Shown here: in pieces, positions 1 through 8,792 of the stretch | How positions within the stretch are numbered: the stretch's first letter is position 1 | How the letters are laid out: each line of letters starts with the position of its first letter | IMG/VR virus record: IMGVR_UViG_3300043630_000005 | Coordinates: 1 to 29,820 of that record | Origin: a virus | Lineage: Duplodnaviria; Caudoviricetes | DNA length: 29,820 nt | Direction: 5' to 3' (one strand) | Notes under the pieces: generated by a model | What the model was told of the DNA's origin: nothing | The model's input: the letters and a program-made list of their open reading frames with translations, nothing else | Databases searched by the model: none | Made by a program: the position numbers and the translations under genes

Positions 1-1829
1 AGCGGCGTGCGCAGCATGGCCATGCGGCCGAAACACCCGCGCGCGGACGCGTCGAGCGCGTTCTGCTTGAGGGCCCGGCGGACGACGTTCGACTGCCGCG
101 ACGCGTAGACGACGTTTGACTGCTTCGCGATCGAGTTCGTGTCGATGGTTGTTGCGAGCGCGGTCGTGTAGGCGACGTCGATCGCCGCCTCCGATAGCGC
201 CGCGGTGATGATCTGCGGGTTGATGGTTTGGAAGCTCCCGAGGTCCGGGGCGTTCGGGCAGGAGACGACCGTCCCCGCGTTCGAGGAGAGGCCGGTGCCG
301 TCGTCGAGCGCGTGCCGGATCTTGACCGCGTACGGCCCGATCCCGGAGGCGGTGATGCCGGAGACGGCGTCGACGGTGACGAGGACGTCCTGCATCGTCA
401 CGAAGACGCGGTCAGCGGCGGCCGTCTGGACGACGGTGCCGGCGGGGATGGTCCCCGCGTTGACGCCCGCGGCCGTGATGCTCTGCCCGGCGACGAGACC
501 GAGCGTTGTGAGGACCGCCGGCGCGCTCGCGCCGATGACGCGGACGTTCCCGGCGTTCTTCTTCCCCGTGAAGAGGAGGATCGTGGCGACCGCGTCCGCG
601 CTCGCGAATGTGAAGCCCGCGAGCGCGTTGATCTTGGCGATGACCGCCGCTCGGGTCTGGTCGCCCACCGCGAAGGTGACGACGAAGTTCGGCGCGTCGT
701 CGTAGCCGAAGGTGACGGTTTCGCCGCCGGCAAAGAGCGTGTTGTACGTGCCCGCCGTGCTCCGGAGGACAGCGCGCCCGGTGTTCGAGTTGTGCTGGAG
801 GAGCGCGAAGCCGAGGGCGGTCGCCGTGGTCGCGGCGCCGACGGTGATGTAGTCCCCGGATGCGACGAAGTTCTTCGAGACGCGGATCCGGCCCTGCGAG
901 TCCTGCTCGACGGTCGTTCCCGCGACCGCGGCCTGGACCGCCGCCTTGATCTCGAGGAACGTAACCGCGTCGATGTCGCCGACGTTGCCCGTCCCGAGCG
1001 TGGTGCCGATCGAGAAGTTCGTGGCGGTGAGCGCGAGCGCGGAGCCCGCGACGACGCGCACCTGCGCGTTGAGGCCGCGCCGGATCGACGTGAGGTTGAT
1101 GATGTTGCCGCCGCCGTCGCTCGCGAACGCGAAGCCCGCGTACTGGTTGATGCGCGCGATGACCTGGAGCTTCGTGGAGTCCGCCGCGAGGAAGGTCACG
1201 ACGAAGTTCGGCTGGTCGTCGTAGCCGAGCGTGAGGGTTTCTCCGCCCACGAACGTCGTCGGGTAGACGCCGGCGCCGCTCGCGCGGATCGCCGCCGTCG
1301 CCGTGAAGGTCGTGCTGACCGCGCCGGCGCCGATGTCGAGCGCGAGAATCTGCCCGGGCTCGAGGTTGTAGGTGAAGGCCGCGGCGCCGACGATGAACGC
1401 CTGCCGCGTGAAGTTGACGCTGCCGACCGAGGTGTCAACACGCGCGACGATGAGGCGCTTGAACTTCTTGCCGTTGAGTTGGACGGCGCCGTTCCCGTTC
1501 CAGGGCTCCGCCGCGATCGCTCCGTCCGCGTTCCGGGTCACCGCGCAGCAGTTGTTCCCGACGAGGCCGTTGTACGCGTAGCCGAGCAGGCCGAACGTGT
1601 TCGCGAGGTCCGTTGCCCCGAAGACTTCCGTCGGGCCGCCTCCGAGCGGGGCCGTGAGGGCGTCCGTCGCAAAGGGCCCGTTCTCCATCTCGGCGACGAG
1701 AAGGACCGTGCCCGTCCCGATGCCGGAGATCGACGCGGGGGGATTGAGGTCGAGGATGTTGACGGACTCGATCTCGAGCAGAACGTCGTCGCCCGGGTCC
1801 GTGAGAAACCGCCGAATGTAAACCGACAT
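1..1829 (-). CDS. Contractile tail sheath protein (3' end runs off the window)
   Basis: Absent from the ORF track, apparently because no stop lies inside the window. Manual translation from ATG 1829: MSVYIRRFLTDPGDDVLLEIESVNILDLNPPASISGIGTGTVLLVAEMENGPF...PTEVFGATDLANTFG...LIVARVD, a typical sheath N-terminus; near position 1 it reads ...VVRRALKQNALDASARGCFGRMAMLRTP. AGGAGG SD at 1841-1846. Lies downstream of the neck genes. Confidence 0.85.
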   Translation of the reverse strand, partial: MSVYIRRFLTDPGDDVLLEIESVNILDLNPPASISGIGTGTVLLVAEMENGPFATDALTAPLGGGPTEVFGATDLANTFGLLGYAYNGLVGNNCCAVTRNADGAIAAEPWNGNGAVQLNGKKFKRLIVARVDTSVGSVNFTRQAFIVGAAAFTYNLEPGQILALDIGAGAVSTTFTATAAIRASGAGVYPTTFVGGETLTLGYDDQPNFVVTFLAADSTKLQVIARINQYAGFAFASDGGGNIINLTSIRRGLNAQVRVVAGSALALTATNFSIGTTLGTGNVGDIDAVTFLEIKAAVQAAVAGTTVEQDSQGRIRVSKNFVASGDYITVGAATTATALGFALLQHNSNTGRAVLRSTAGTYNTLFAGGETVTFGYDDAPNFVVTFAVGDQTRAAVIAKINALAGFTFASADAVATILLFTGKKNAGNVRVIGASAPAVLTTLGLVAGQSITAAGVNAGTIPAGTVVQTAAADRVFVTMQDVLVTVDAVSGITASGIGPYAVKIRHALDDGTGLSSNAGTVVSCPNAPDLGSFQTINPQIITAALSEAAIDVAYTTALATTIDTNSIAKQSNVVYASRQSNVVRRALKQNALDASARGCFGRMAMLRTP

Positions 1830-1839
1830 GTGAGAGCCG

Positions 1840-1984
1840 TCCTCCTGCGATCCGCACTAGATCAACAGGTCGCTCGCTCTCCGCCTTCCACCTGTTACCG
1901 CCGGTGTGCCGCGTCGTGGGGAGAATGTCCGACCGTTTCTGCTTAGCTTCGAGAATCATCCACGGGATCTCCCGCGGGCGCAAG
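1840..1984 (-). promoter_or_regulatory. Conserved leader, copy A (promoter TTGCGC-17-GATGAT, conserved core, SD), upstream of sheath gene
   Basis: Near-identical blocks recur at 6881-7056. -35 at 1978-1983, -10 at 1955-1960, core 1887-1936, GATCGCAGGAGGA at 1840-1852. Confidence 0.8.
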
Positions 1985-1989
1985 CTCCG

Positions 1990-2853
1990 TCAGGGGGTGT
2001 CCGGATCGGCGACGTCGTCCGCGAGGTCGCACGGCTCGCGCGGGAAGCGCGGGTCCGGCGCCGGCGAGGCTTGCAGCTCGTTCTCCAGCGCGATGTCGCC
2101 GAGCGTGACGGAGGTGTTCGTGTCCTCGTCGACGTTGACCTCCGTCTTCAGCCACGTCGTGAGCGGCTCGTAGTTCACGAGCGCGACCTGGTTGAAGCGC
2201 ATCTGCACGATGATCCGCGCGGTCTTCCGGTTCCGGACGTTGTCCTCGTTCTCCATCAGCGTGCGCGAGAGGGGCGTGAAGCAGACGAGCTGGTCGAAGT
2301 AGTCCGGCATGCGGAAGCGGACGCCGTACATCTGCTCGGTCGGGACGAGCGCGTTCTCCAGGCCCGCGAGCATCGCGCGGCGCTCCGGCTTCGACGACGC
2401 CCAGATCTCGACGGCGATCTCCTCGACGAACTCCTGCTGCCACTGGACAACGGTCCCGAGCCCGTAGCGGTCCCGCGTCTTCTCCTCGATGTACGCGTCG
2501 AGCCCGATCATGTCGTACTCGGCGTCTCCGTTCGAGAGGAGGGCGATCGCCGGGAAGGTGTTGAGCTGGACCTCGTCGTCCGGCATCTCGATGTGGATGC
2601 GCTCGTCCGGGATCTGAAACGGGATCGCGTCGCCCTGCGTGTCCGTCCGGCGGTCGACCGTCCCCGGCCGGTAGAAGACGAGCGCGGCGAGGTACTCCCG
2701 GAGGATGCCGAGCGCGACGGTCCGGCCGTCGACGGACTTGGGCGGCGGGTTCGCCTTCGCGGGGAAGACCTCGCCGAACGGGGTCCCGAAGAGGAGCTTC
2801 CGGAGGCGGCCGGTCCACTGGAACACGAGCTTCTTCGGCGGCTTCTGCGTCAC
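1990..2853 (-). CDS. Putative tail terminator/completion (neck) protein
   Basis: 287 aa ORF with GTGA overlap to the upstream gene; immediately before the sheath gene; function inferred from position. Confidence 0.6.
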   Translation of the reverse strand: MTQKPPKKLVFQWTGRLRKLLFGTPFGEVFPAKANPPPKSVDGRTVALGILREYLAALVFYRPGTVDRRTDTQGDAIPFQIPDERIHIEMPDDEVQLNTFPAIALLSNGDAEYDMIGLDAYIEEKTRDRYGLGTVVQWQQEFVEEIAVEIWASSKPERRAMLAGLENALVPTEQMYGVRFRMPDYFDQLVCFTPLSRTLMENEDNVRNRKTARIIVQMRFNQVALVNYEPLTTWLKTEVNVDEDTNTSVTLGDIALENELQASPAPDPRFPREPCDLADDVADPDTP

Positions 2854-3371
2854 TTCAGCGCTCTCCTAAGCTCCCGAGGATACTCCTCCTGGAGGAACTC
2901 GTTCAGCCGCCGCATGCCCTTCTCGAGGATGCGGAGGCCCTTCGGCGCCCAGATCCCGCGCTGCTTCATCTTCGTCGCGATCGCGAACGCGACGCCGCGC
3001 GCCTGCGCCTCCGCGCTCGCGCCCTTCCCGGAGACGACGCCCTTCCGGCGCACCCAGCCCGCCAGGGCGTCGATCATCTTCTTGCCGATCTTCACGTTCG
3101 CCGCGCGCACGCCCCACTCGATCATCGGCGCGTGCGGCGCCGTGTTCATGACCGCGGCGCCGTTCGTGATCGGCTCCGCGCGCCACGCGGCCTTGTAGAT
3201 CCCGCGGTCCTCCGGCGGCGGCTTCGCGCTCGGGATGAGGTCCGTCACGATGAAGCCGACGATCCGGTTCGCGGTCGCGAGGACGGCGACGCGCGCGGCC
3301 TTTTGGACCGCCGCGTCGAGGCGCCGGCGCATCTCCTCCGGCGTGTACGTCTTGCCGCTGATCTTCGCCAC
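2850..3371 (-). CDS. HK97 gp10-like neck/tail-completion protein
   Basis: Basic 173 aa protein with PEDRGIYKAAW...VMNTAPHAPMIEWG, resembling the PVDTGxLRxS...YAxxVExG signature; neck-cluster position. Confidence 0.7.
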   Translation of the reverse strand: MAKISGKTYTPEEMRRRLDAAVQKAARVAVLATANRIVGFIVTDLIPSAKPPPEDRGIYKAAWRAEPITNGAAVMNTAPHAPMIEWGVRAANVKIGKKMIDALAGWVRRKGVVSGKGASAEAQARGVAFAIATKMKQRGIWAPKGLRILEKGMRRLNEFLQEEYPRELRRALK

Positions 3372-4057
3372 TACTCCGCCTCGTGCTCCGTCCGCGGCCG
3401 CCCGTCGCGCCGCATGTCCTCGCTAATCCGCTCGAGCGTGATGGCCCAGTCGAAGGAGCCGGCGCGGAAGAACGGCGGCGAGAGGATGCGGAACGATCGC
3501 CGTTCAGAGCCGGCGCGGTCCTGGCAGATCTCCCAGAAGAATCGGATCGGCTCCGGCACGCCCTCGTCGTTGACGCCCGGGGGTCCCTTCCCGATCTGGT
3601 CGCGCGGGAGGGACGCGAGCGCCTCCGGGGGCTGGCCGAGCGCGGGGTAGGCGATGCGGCAGCCGTCGAAGTAGGCCCTTCCCGGGACGACGGTCCCGCG
3701 GAGGTTCTCCTCAGTGAGCTGCGTCGTGATCTCCTCCACGCGGACGGAGCCGACCGGGATGGTGCCGGCTCCGAACGGCGAGAGCGCGACGGCTGTAAGG
3801 TCGACGACGCGCGGGCGCGGGAAGACAGGAACGCGCGCGAGGATGTGCTCGACGCCCTCCCCGCGCTCGAAGCCGTCCCAGCGCGTCCAGACAAGGAAGA
3901 CCTCGTACGGCCGGAGCCCGTAGCGCGCGAGGCGCGCGCGGGACTTGTCGACGGTCTTCTGGAGGCGCTCCGCGAGCGAGCGCGGGCGGGGGACGGACGG
4001 GATCCCTCCCGCGGCCGCCGCCGCGCACGTCGAACAGACGCCGCAGCCGCACGCCAC
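3371..4057 (-). CDS. Putative head-closure/head-tail joining protein
   Basis: 228 aa, translationally coupled to the next gene; neck-cluster position; N-terminal CGCGVCSTC. Confidence 0.5.
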   Translation of the reverse strand: MACGCGVCSTCAAAAAGGIPSVPRPRSLAERLQKTVDKSRARLARYGLRPYEVFLVWTRWDGFERGEGVEHILARVPVFPRPRVVDLTAVALSPFGAGTIPVGSVRVEEITTQLTEENLRGTVVPGRAYFDGCRIAYPALGQPPEALASLPRDQIGKGPPGVNDEGVPEPIRFFWEICQDRAGSERRSFRILSPPFFRAGSFDWAITLERISEDMRRDGRPRTEHEAE

Positions 4058-4063
4058 GGGCGC

Positions 4064-4456
4064 CTACTTTCCCGCGCAGGGCGCCGGCGATCCGGCGGGC
4101 GGGGGCTCCCAGCGGACCTTCGCCTTGTCGAACTTGTAGCCGGCCTTCTTGAGCGACTCGCGCTGGCCGATCATCGACTCGATGTACTGCTCGATCCACG
4201 GCGCCGCCTTCTCGCCCTGCTTGATGATGTCGCAGGCGACGGCGATCTCCGCGATGCCGGAGAGGTCGCTCGCCATGATGCAGGCGAGCTGCGCGATGTT
4301 GAGGCCCTCGTTGACGGCGGTGTTGACCTTCGCGTCCGTCGCCGGCGAGCAGGAGAGGAGGACGAACGCGGCCGCGGCGAGGACCGCGGAGAAGCTCATC
4401 GCGTGGCGGGGAGGGACGTTGACGATCTGGCGCACGCTGGTCCGGTAGGGGCTCAT
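4064..4456 (-). CDS. Putative lipoprotein
   Basis: Hydrophobic stretch FSAVLAAAAFVLLS followed by Cys (lipobox LLSC); TAGCCT 6 nt before the ATG. Confidence 0.65.
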   Translation of the reverse strand: MSPYRTSVRQIVNVPPRHAMSFSAVLAAAAFVLLSCSPATDAKVNTAVNEGLNIAQLACIMASDLSGIAEIAVACDIIKQGEKAAPWIEQYIESMIGQRESLKKAGYKFDKAKVRWEPPPAGSPAPCAGK

Positions 4457-4473
4457 GGGTAGAGGCTACACCG

Positions 4474-4902
4474 TCAGCCGCTGACGGGCACGTTCACGCC
4501 GCCAGTTCCCTTCCTGAGCCAGTCCCGCTGGTCGAACGGATTCGGCACGATGCCGAGGAAGTTCGAGAGCGACTGCTGCGCGATGAGGTAGTGCTCCGCC
4601 AGCTCCCTCAGGCGCTTGCGGTTGATCTTCACCGCCTCGCCCGTCCCGATCGACTCGACGTCGGAGAGGTCGAAGTTGCAGAAGACGTAGTTCTCGACCT
4701 CCTCGCAGCGCGCGAGGAACTTCCGGAACGTGACGACGGCCTCCGGCGTCTGGATGACGCGGTTCATCGCGCCCTCGATCATGAACGTCGTTTGCATCGC
4801 GGCGGGGACGCCGAGGACGAACGTCGCCGCCGACTCCACGTTCAGGTAGCCGAGGTGGTGCCGGCAGCGGACCTTTTCGTCTTCGGAGATGAGCGCGGCC
4901 AC
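4474..4902 (-). CDS. Putative head-tail adaptor/connector protein
   Basis: 142 aa helical-looking protein (ISEDEKVRCRHHLGY) shortly downstream of the capsid gene; TAGTCT 6 nt before the GTG. Confidence 0.55.
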   Translation of the reverse strand: MAALISEDEKVRCRHHLGYLNVESAATFVLGVPAAMQTTFMIEGAMNRVIQTPEAVVTFRKFLARCEEVENYVFCNFDLSDVESIGTGEAVKINRKRLRELAEHYLIAQQSLSNFLGIVPNPFDQRDWLRKGTGGVNVPVSG

Positions 4903-4934
4903 GAGTCGAGACTAGCGCGCTCCCGCTCGCGGCG

Positions 4935-5366
4935 TCACTCCGCGGTGATCTCTTGGAGCCGGAGCCCCTGCCGCTGGAGGAGCTGGACGTCGTACTCGTA
5001 CTCGGTGAACTCCTTGCCCTCGCGCATCGGAACCTGGATCCCGTTGTAGAGAACCTGGCGCGCCTGCATGACGCGGTAGCGCTTCACGATCGGGATCTCC
5101 CCGTCGGCGTCGACGCGATCCTCGCGGATGGACGAGCGGGTGACCTGGCCCGGCGTGCTGATGTGCGTCGCCGCTCCCTGGATGGGGGCGCCGTCCGCGC
5201 CGCCGAGGATCTGCGGCGGTGCTCCCCCGACTCCGATGTGCGGGTTGCTCCCGCCGACGATCGGCTGGACGCCCGGAACGGGAGCCCCTCCCGGCGTGAT
5301 CTTCGTAGCCACAACTCCGACCGGAACGGGCACCCCGCCGGCCTGCTGATTCACCCTTCGCGCCAT
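4935..5366 (-). CDS. Hypothetical virion-associated protein (Gly/Pro-rich N-terminus, small C-terminal domain)
   Basis: 143 aa ORF directly after the capsid gene; AGGAGG SD; extended -10 TGcTATCTT at 5388-5396. Confidence 0.65.
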   Translation of the reverse strand: MARRVNQQAGGVPVPVGVVATKITPGGAPVPGVQPIVGGSNPHIGVGGAPPQILGGADGAPIQGAATHISTPGQVTRSSIREDRVDADGEIPIVKRYRVMQARQVLYNGIQVPMREGKEFTEYEYDVQLLQRQGLRLQEITAE

Positions 5367-5411
5367 GTGCAGCCTCCTGACCCAGCGAAGATAGCACGCC
5401 GGGCCGGGAGG

Positions 5412-5455
5412 AAAACGCGGGCTCAGGAGCGCTGGGGAGCGCCTCCGGGCCCGCG
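5412..5455 (-). terminator. Putative intrinsic terminator after the major capsid gene
   Basis: Minus strand CGCGGGC-CCGGAG-GCGCT-CCCC-AGCGC-TCCTGA-GCCCGCG-TTTT: long GC stem with a short U tract, starting 5 nt after the stop codon. Confidence 0.65.
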
Positions 5456-5460
5456 CGCGA

Positions 5461-6876
5461 CTACATCGCGAATTCGAGGACGACCGCGCGCTTGAAGCGC
5501 TCCGGCCCGCTCTGGGCCGTGATGTCGCTCGGGACCGGGAACGAGGTCGAGACCGACCACGTGCACGCGATCTTCTGCTGCAAGCGGTCGAGCGGGGCGC
5601 GGAGGATGAGTCGGATGCGCTCCGTGAGGATGGTGATGCCGTTGTTGACGACGGTGAACTCGCCGATCTTCCCGGTCGTTCCGGCCTCGGTCGAGTAGGC
5701 GCCCTCGTCCAGCCAGCGCTCGTAGAGGGCGCCCTTGCCGGTGAGGATGATGCGCCCGATCTGGACGCCGTTGCCGTTCTGGATCTCCGCGCCGATCTCC
5801 GACGCGTAGACGCCGGTCGTGCCCGCGGGCGCGCCGGTCGCCGCCGCCGTCGCGACGAGGGAGCCGACGTTCGTGATCTCGGGCGACTCGTTGTTCATGA
5901 AGAACATGACGCCGGAGAGGGTTCCGATGAACCCCTCCTTGTAGATCACGTGCTCCGGCAGCGACTGGTTGAGGCGCTGGAAGACGGGGTCCGCGAACAC
6001 CTGCGCGTTCGCCAGCGGCGAGATGTGCGCGTGGTAGAAGCCGTCCTCGTGCGGCTGGACGTTCGCGCGGCGCAGGAACGCCGTCGCGTTGATCGCCTGC
6101 TGGAGGACGAACGTGTCGCCGGAGCCGACCGCGTCGACCGAGTCGCCGCCGGCCGCGCGCACGATGCGCGGGGCGTAGGCGCTCTTCACCGGGGCGCGGA
6201 CCGCGAAGGCGGTGCCGATCGCGACGGCGAGGGTGAGGGTGCCCGGGCCGTCCGGGTCCGTCGGGTCGTCCGGCAGAACGCCGACGACGGAGGCGGAGAC
6301 AACCGTCGCGCCCGTTCCGACCTTGATCGGGAGCGGGAAGGCGGTCGAGACCGGCTGCGGCCTCGCGTTGACGCCCGGGTTCACGACGTCGCGGAAGCCG
6401 TTGAGGGCAGCGACGCGGACGACGAGGTCCGTGGTGAGGATCGCGCCGTTCGCGACCGTGCTCCCCGAGAGGTACGCCTTGAAGACGGCGTTTCGGGCGA
6501 TGCGGTTGATCGACTGCCCGGCCTGGAGGCCGAGCTGGTGGATGTCGCGGAGGAACAGCGACGCGTTCGCCGAGACCGACGTCGGCATGTCCACGTCCAC
6601 CGAGCCGGTGAACTGGAACAGCTCCGCGGTCCACTGCTCGAACGGGATCGCCTGCGGGAGCGGGTCGTTGCCCGGCGTGTTCGGACGGACGATCGGCGCG
6701 AGTAGGCCCGCGCGCGACATCACGATCTCGTTGCCCGTGTTCGCCGGCCACTGCTCGGCGATCGCCTCTGCCCGGTAGGCGAGGTTCGGGAAGAGACCGT
6801 CGTAGAACTCGCGGGCGAGCAGGCCCTTTTGCTGAAGCTCGAGAACGACGGGCGGGACGCCCAAGACGAGTGACAT
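5461..6876 (-). CDS. Major capsid protein
   Basis: 471 aa; follows the scaffold; strong SD, dedicated leader and downstream terminator; HK97-fold-like motifs (WPANTGNEIVMSR, DGFYHAHISP, GFIGTLSGVMFF, APLDRLQQ) reminiscent of N4-gp56-type capsids. Confidence 0.88.
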   Translation of the reverse strand: MSLVLGVPPVVLELQQKGLLAREFYDGLFPNLAYRAEAIAEQWPANTGNEIVMSRAGLLAPIVRPNTPGNDPLPQAIPFEQWTAELFQFTGSVDVDMPTSVSANASLFLRDIHQLGLQAGQSINRIARNAVFKAYLSGSTVANGAILTTDLVVRVAALNGFRDVVNPGVNARPQPVSTAFPLPIKVGTGATVVSASVVGVLPDDPTDPDGPGTLTLAVAIGTAFAVRAPVKSAYAPRIVRAAGGDSVDAVGSGDTFVLQQAINATAFLRRANVQPHEDGFYHAHISPLANAQVFADPVFQRLNQSLPEHVIYKEGFIGTLSGVMFFMNNESPEITNVGSLVATAAATGAPAGTTGVYASEIGAEIQNGNGVQIGRIILTGKGALYERWLDEGAYSTEAGTTGKIGEFTVVNNGITILTERIRLILRAPLDRLQQKIACTWSVSTSFPVPSDITAQSGPERFKRAVVLEFAM

Positions 6877-6880
6877 GAAA

Positions 6881-7056
6881 TCCTCCTGCGATCGACGGGT
6901 CAGCCGCGCGCTCCGTGCGCGCCGCGTTCAGTCTGGTTTCGCAGTCGTTGTCCTCGCCCGTCCACCTGTTGCCCGCCGGTGTGCCGCGTTGTGGGGAGTA
7001 TCCGACCGTGTTCCGTAACTTCGAGAATCATCCACGGGATCGCGCGCGCGCGCAAG
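6881..7056 (-). promoter_or_regulatory. Conserved leader, copy B, upstream of major capsid gene
   Basis: -35 TTGCGC 7050-7055, -10 GATGAT 7027-7032, core 6961-7009, GATCGCAGGAGGA 6881-6893; matches 1840-1984. Confidence 0.8.
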
Positions 7057-7064
7057 TCCCTCTC

Positions 7065-7967
7065 TCAGATACCGCTGCTCTGCTTGTATTGGCGGTACTC
7101 CGCCGCGGACATCGAGTTCGGCTTTCCGGGCTCCGGCGTCTTGCCGGCGAGCGCGGCGCCCTGGTGCGTTCCGCCTGGAGCCGCGGGGCGAACAGCGTTG
7201 GGATCGGGCCCTGTCGAGAGCGGGGCGGCGACCGGAGCCGGCGCGGCTGCCGGCGATCCCGGCGTGGCGACCGGCGGGGCGCCGAGCGTGTCGACGGGGG
7301 CCGGAGCCGCCGCGGACTTCCGCGCAACGATCGGCTTCGCGACGACGCGGTCCTTGACCCACTTCTCCACGAGCGCGTCTGCCTCCTTCAGCTCGTCGTC
7401 CGTCGCGTTCGCGAGGTACGAGGCGAGTAGCTTGCGCTCATAAGGGACGTAGTCCGGGTCCATGTGCTTGCGAAGAATCTTCGAGATCCTGCGTTCCTCG
7501 CCGGCGACCGCGTAGTCCTCCTCGAGCTGCGTGGCGCGGCTCTCCGCAGTCTCCGCGCGCTTGACCGCCTGCGCGGTCTGCTCCCGCAGTCGATCCGTCT
7601 CGCTGAGGTCCGCGAGGCGCTTGGCCTCGGCGGCCTGCTTGAGCGAGTCGCGCTCCGCGATGGCGGCCTTGATCTCGTCCGCGTTGTCCGTCCCGAACAT
7701 CTCCTTGAGCTGCTTCTTCGAGTAGCGATCGAGCCGGCTCTTGAGGCCGGCCCGGCTCAGCTCGAGGAGGTCCGCGTCCGCGGGAATGTCGTCGTCCGTG
7801 TCCGCAAGGAGCTTCCTCGTGGGGACGCGCGCGGCTGGGGCGGCGACCGGGGCGGGAGCTTCCGGGGACGCCACCGCGGGCGGAGGCGCTGGCGGAGGAG
7901 CCGCCGGGGGTGCTGCGGGTGCTCCCGCCGGCGCGACTGCCGGCGGGTCAGGGGGTTTCATGGTCAT
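7065..7967 (-). CDS. Capsid scaffolding protein
   Basis: Pro/Ala-rich ends, central coiled coil (AKRLADLSETDRLREQ), C-terminal MSAAEYRQYK helix, directly upstream of the capsid gene; GGAGG SD. Confidence 0.8.
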   Translation of the reverse strand: MTMKPPDPPAVAPAGAPAAPPAAPPPAPPPAVASPEAPAPVAAPAARVPTRKLLADTDDDIPADADLLELSRAGLKSRLDRYSKKQLKEMFGTDNADEIKAAIAERDSLKQAAEAKRLADLSETDRLREQTAQAVKRAETAESRATQLEEDYAVAGEERRISKILRKHMDPDYVPYERKLLASYLANATDDELKEADALVEKWVKDRVVAKPIVARKSAAAPAPVDTLGAPPVATPGSPAAAPAPVAAPLSTGPDPNAVRPAAPGGTHQGAALAGKTPEPGKPNSMSAAEYRQYKQSSGI

Positions 7968-7996
7968 GGAAGCGCCTCCAGGTTCCGTGTCGTCAG

Positions 7997-8020
7997 CGCG
8001 GGCCCCACACTAGGCCCGCG
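7997..8020. other. GC-rich intergenic hairpin
   Basis: CGCGGGCC-ccacacta-GGCCCGCG, perfect 8-bp stem, no U tract. Confidence 0.5.
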
Positions 8021-8027
8021 TCGTCTG

Positions 8028-8768
8028 TCATCCGATGGTGCTGGCCGCCGTGAGCAGCGCGTCGAGGTTGAGCGGCGGCGCGACGGCGATCTTGACGCGC
8101 GCCTGCGTGACCGCGTCCGCGATCGTGAACTGCGCCTGCGTTGCGGCGAGGTCCATGCGGCAGTTGAGGGTCGCCGGGTTGACCGCGCCCGGGACGAGGA
8201 TGATGCGCTTGCCCAGGACGCCGCCGGCGAGGACTTCGGCCTCGAGCAGGAACTGGTAGCCCTTCTTGATGACCGCGAGGCCCGCGGCGACCGGCGCCGT
8301 TTCGCTGGCCGTCGGGAGAACGCAGACGCCCGTCGCGGCGACGACGGGGAGCGTCAGCTCGACGACGTCGTAGTTGCGCGGGAGGTAGAGGACGTCGATG
8401 TCCGTGTAGCGGCTCGCGGCGAGGACGGCGATGTTGCCGTTCGGCGTGACCGCGATCTGGGCGTCCGCCGGCGTCGCGCCGAAGGCTTGGACCGCCAACT
8501 CGCCGAGCGTCCCGGCGGCCGCGGTCGCGCGCGCGTAGGCGCGGAAGATCGTCGCGGCGTGGGCGTCGTCCGGGACCGGGAGCACGTCGAGCGTCGCGAG
8601 GTCGTACGACGGGTTCGGGAACGTGTCCGGGTTCTGGCGGAACAACTGCGTGGGCATCGCGCGCACGAAGTTGCCCATCTTCATCGCCGCGAGCAGCGAA
8701 GCGATCTCGCTCGCGTTCGCGTTGTTGAGCATCGCCTTGAACGCATTCGCCAAAATGTTGATCGTCAT
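8028..8768 (-). CDS. Putative head structural/decoration protein
   Basis: 246 aa, Ala/Thr/Val-rich; AAGGAG SD; head-module position. Confidence 0.6.
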   Translation of the reverse strand: MTINILANAFKAMLNNANASEIASLLAAMKMGNFVRAMPTQLFRQNPDTFPNPSYDLATLDVLPVPDDAHAATIFRAYARATAAAGTLGELAVQAFGATPADAQIAVTPNGNIAVLAASRYTDIDVLYLPRNYDVVELTLPVVAATGVCVLPTASETAPVAAGLAVIKKGYQFLLEAEVLAGGVLGKRIILVPGAVNPATLNCRMDLAATQAQFTIADAVTQARVKIAVAPPLNLDALLTAASTIG

Positions 8769-8792
8769 CGCCGTCTCTCCTTCAGGTTCTTC

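Noticed and set aside
1866-1910. Resemblance of the leader core (CCGGCG..AACAGGTGG..GAGCGAC) to a ZTP (pfl) riboswitch
   Set aside because: Lacks the GACUGGCG core, the CCACC partner strand and the 3' CGCCUGGGCA hairpin, and the downstream genes are structural; a cmscan would settle it.
7041-7053. (CG)n run as a Z-DNA element
   Set aside because: Only 13 nt in very GC-rich DNA and not conserved in the other leader copy.
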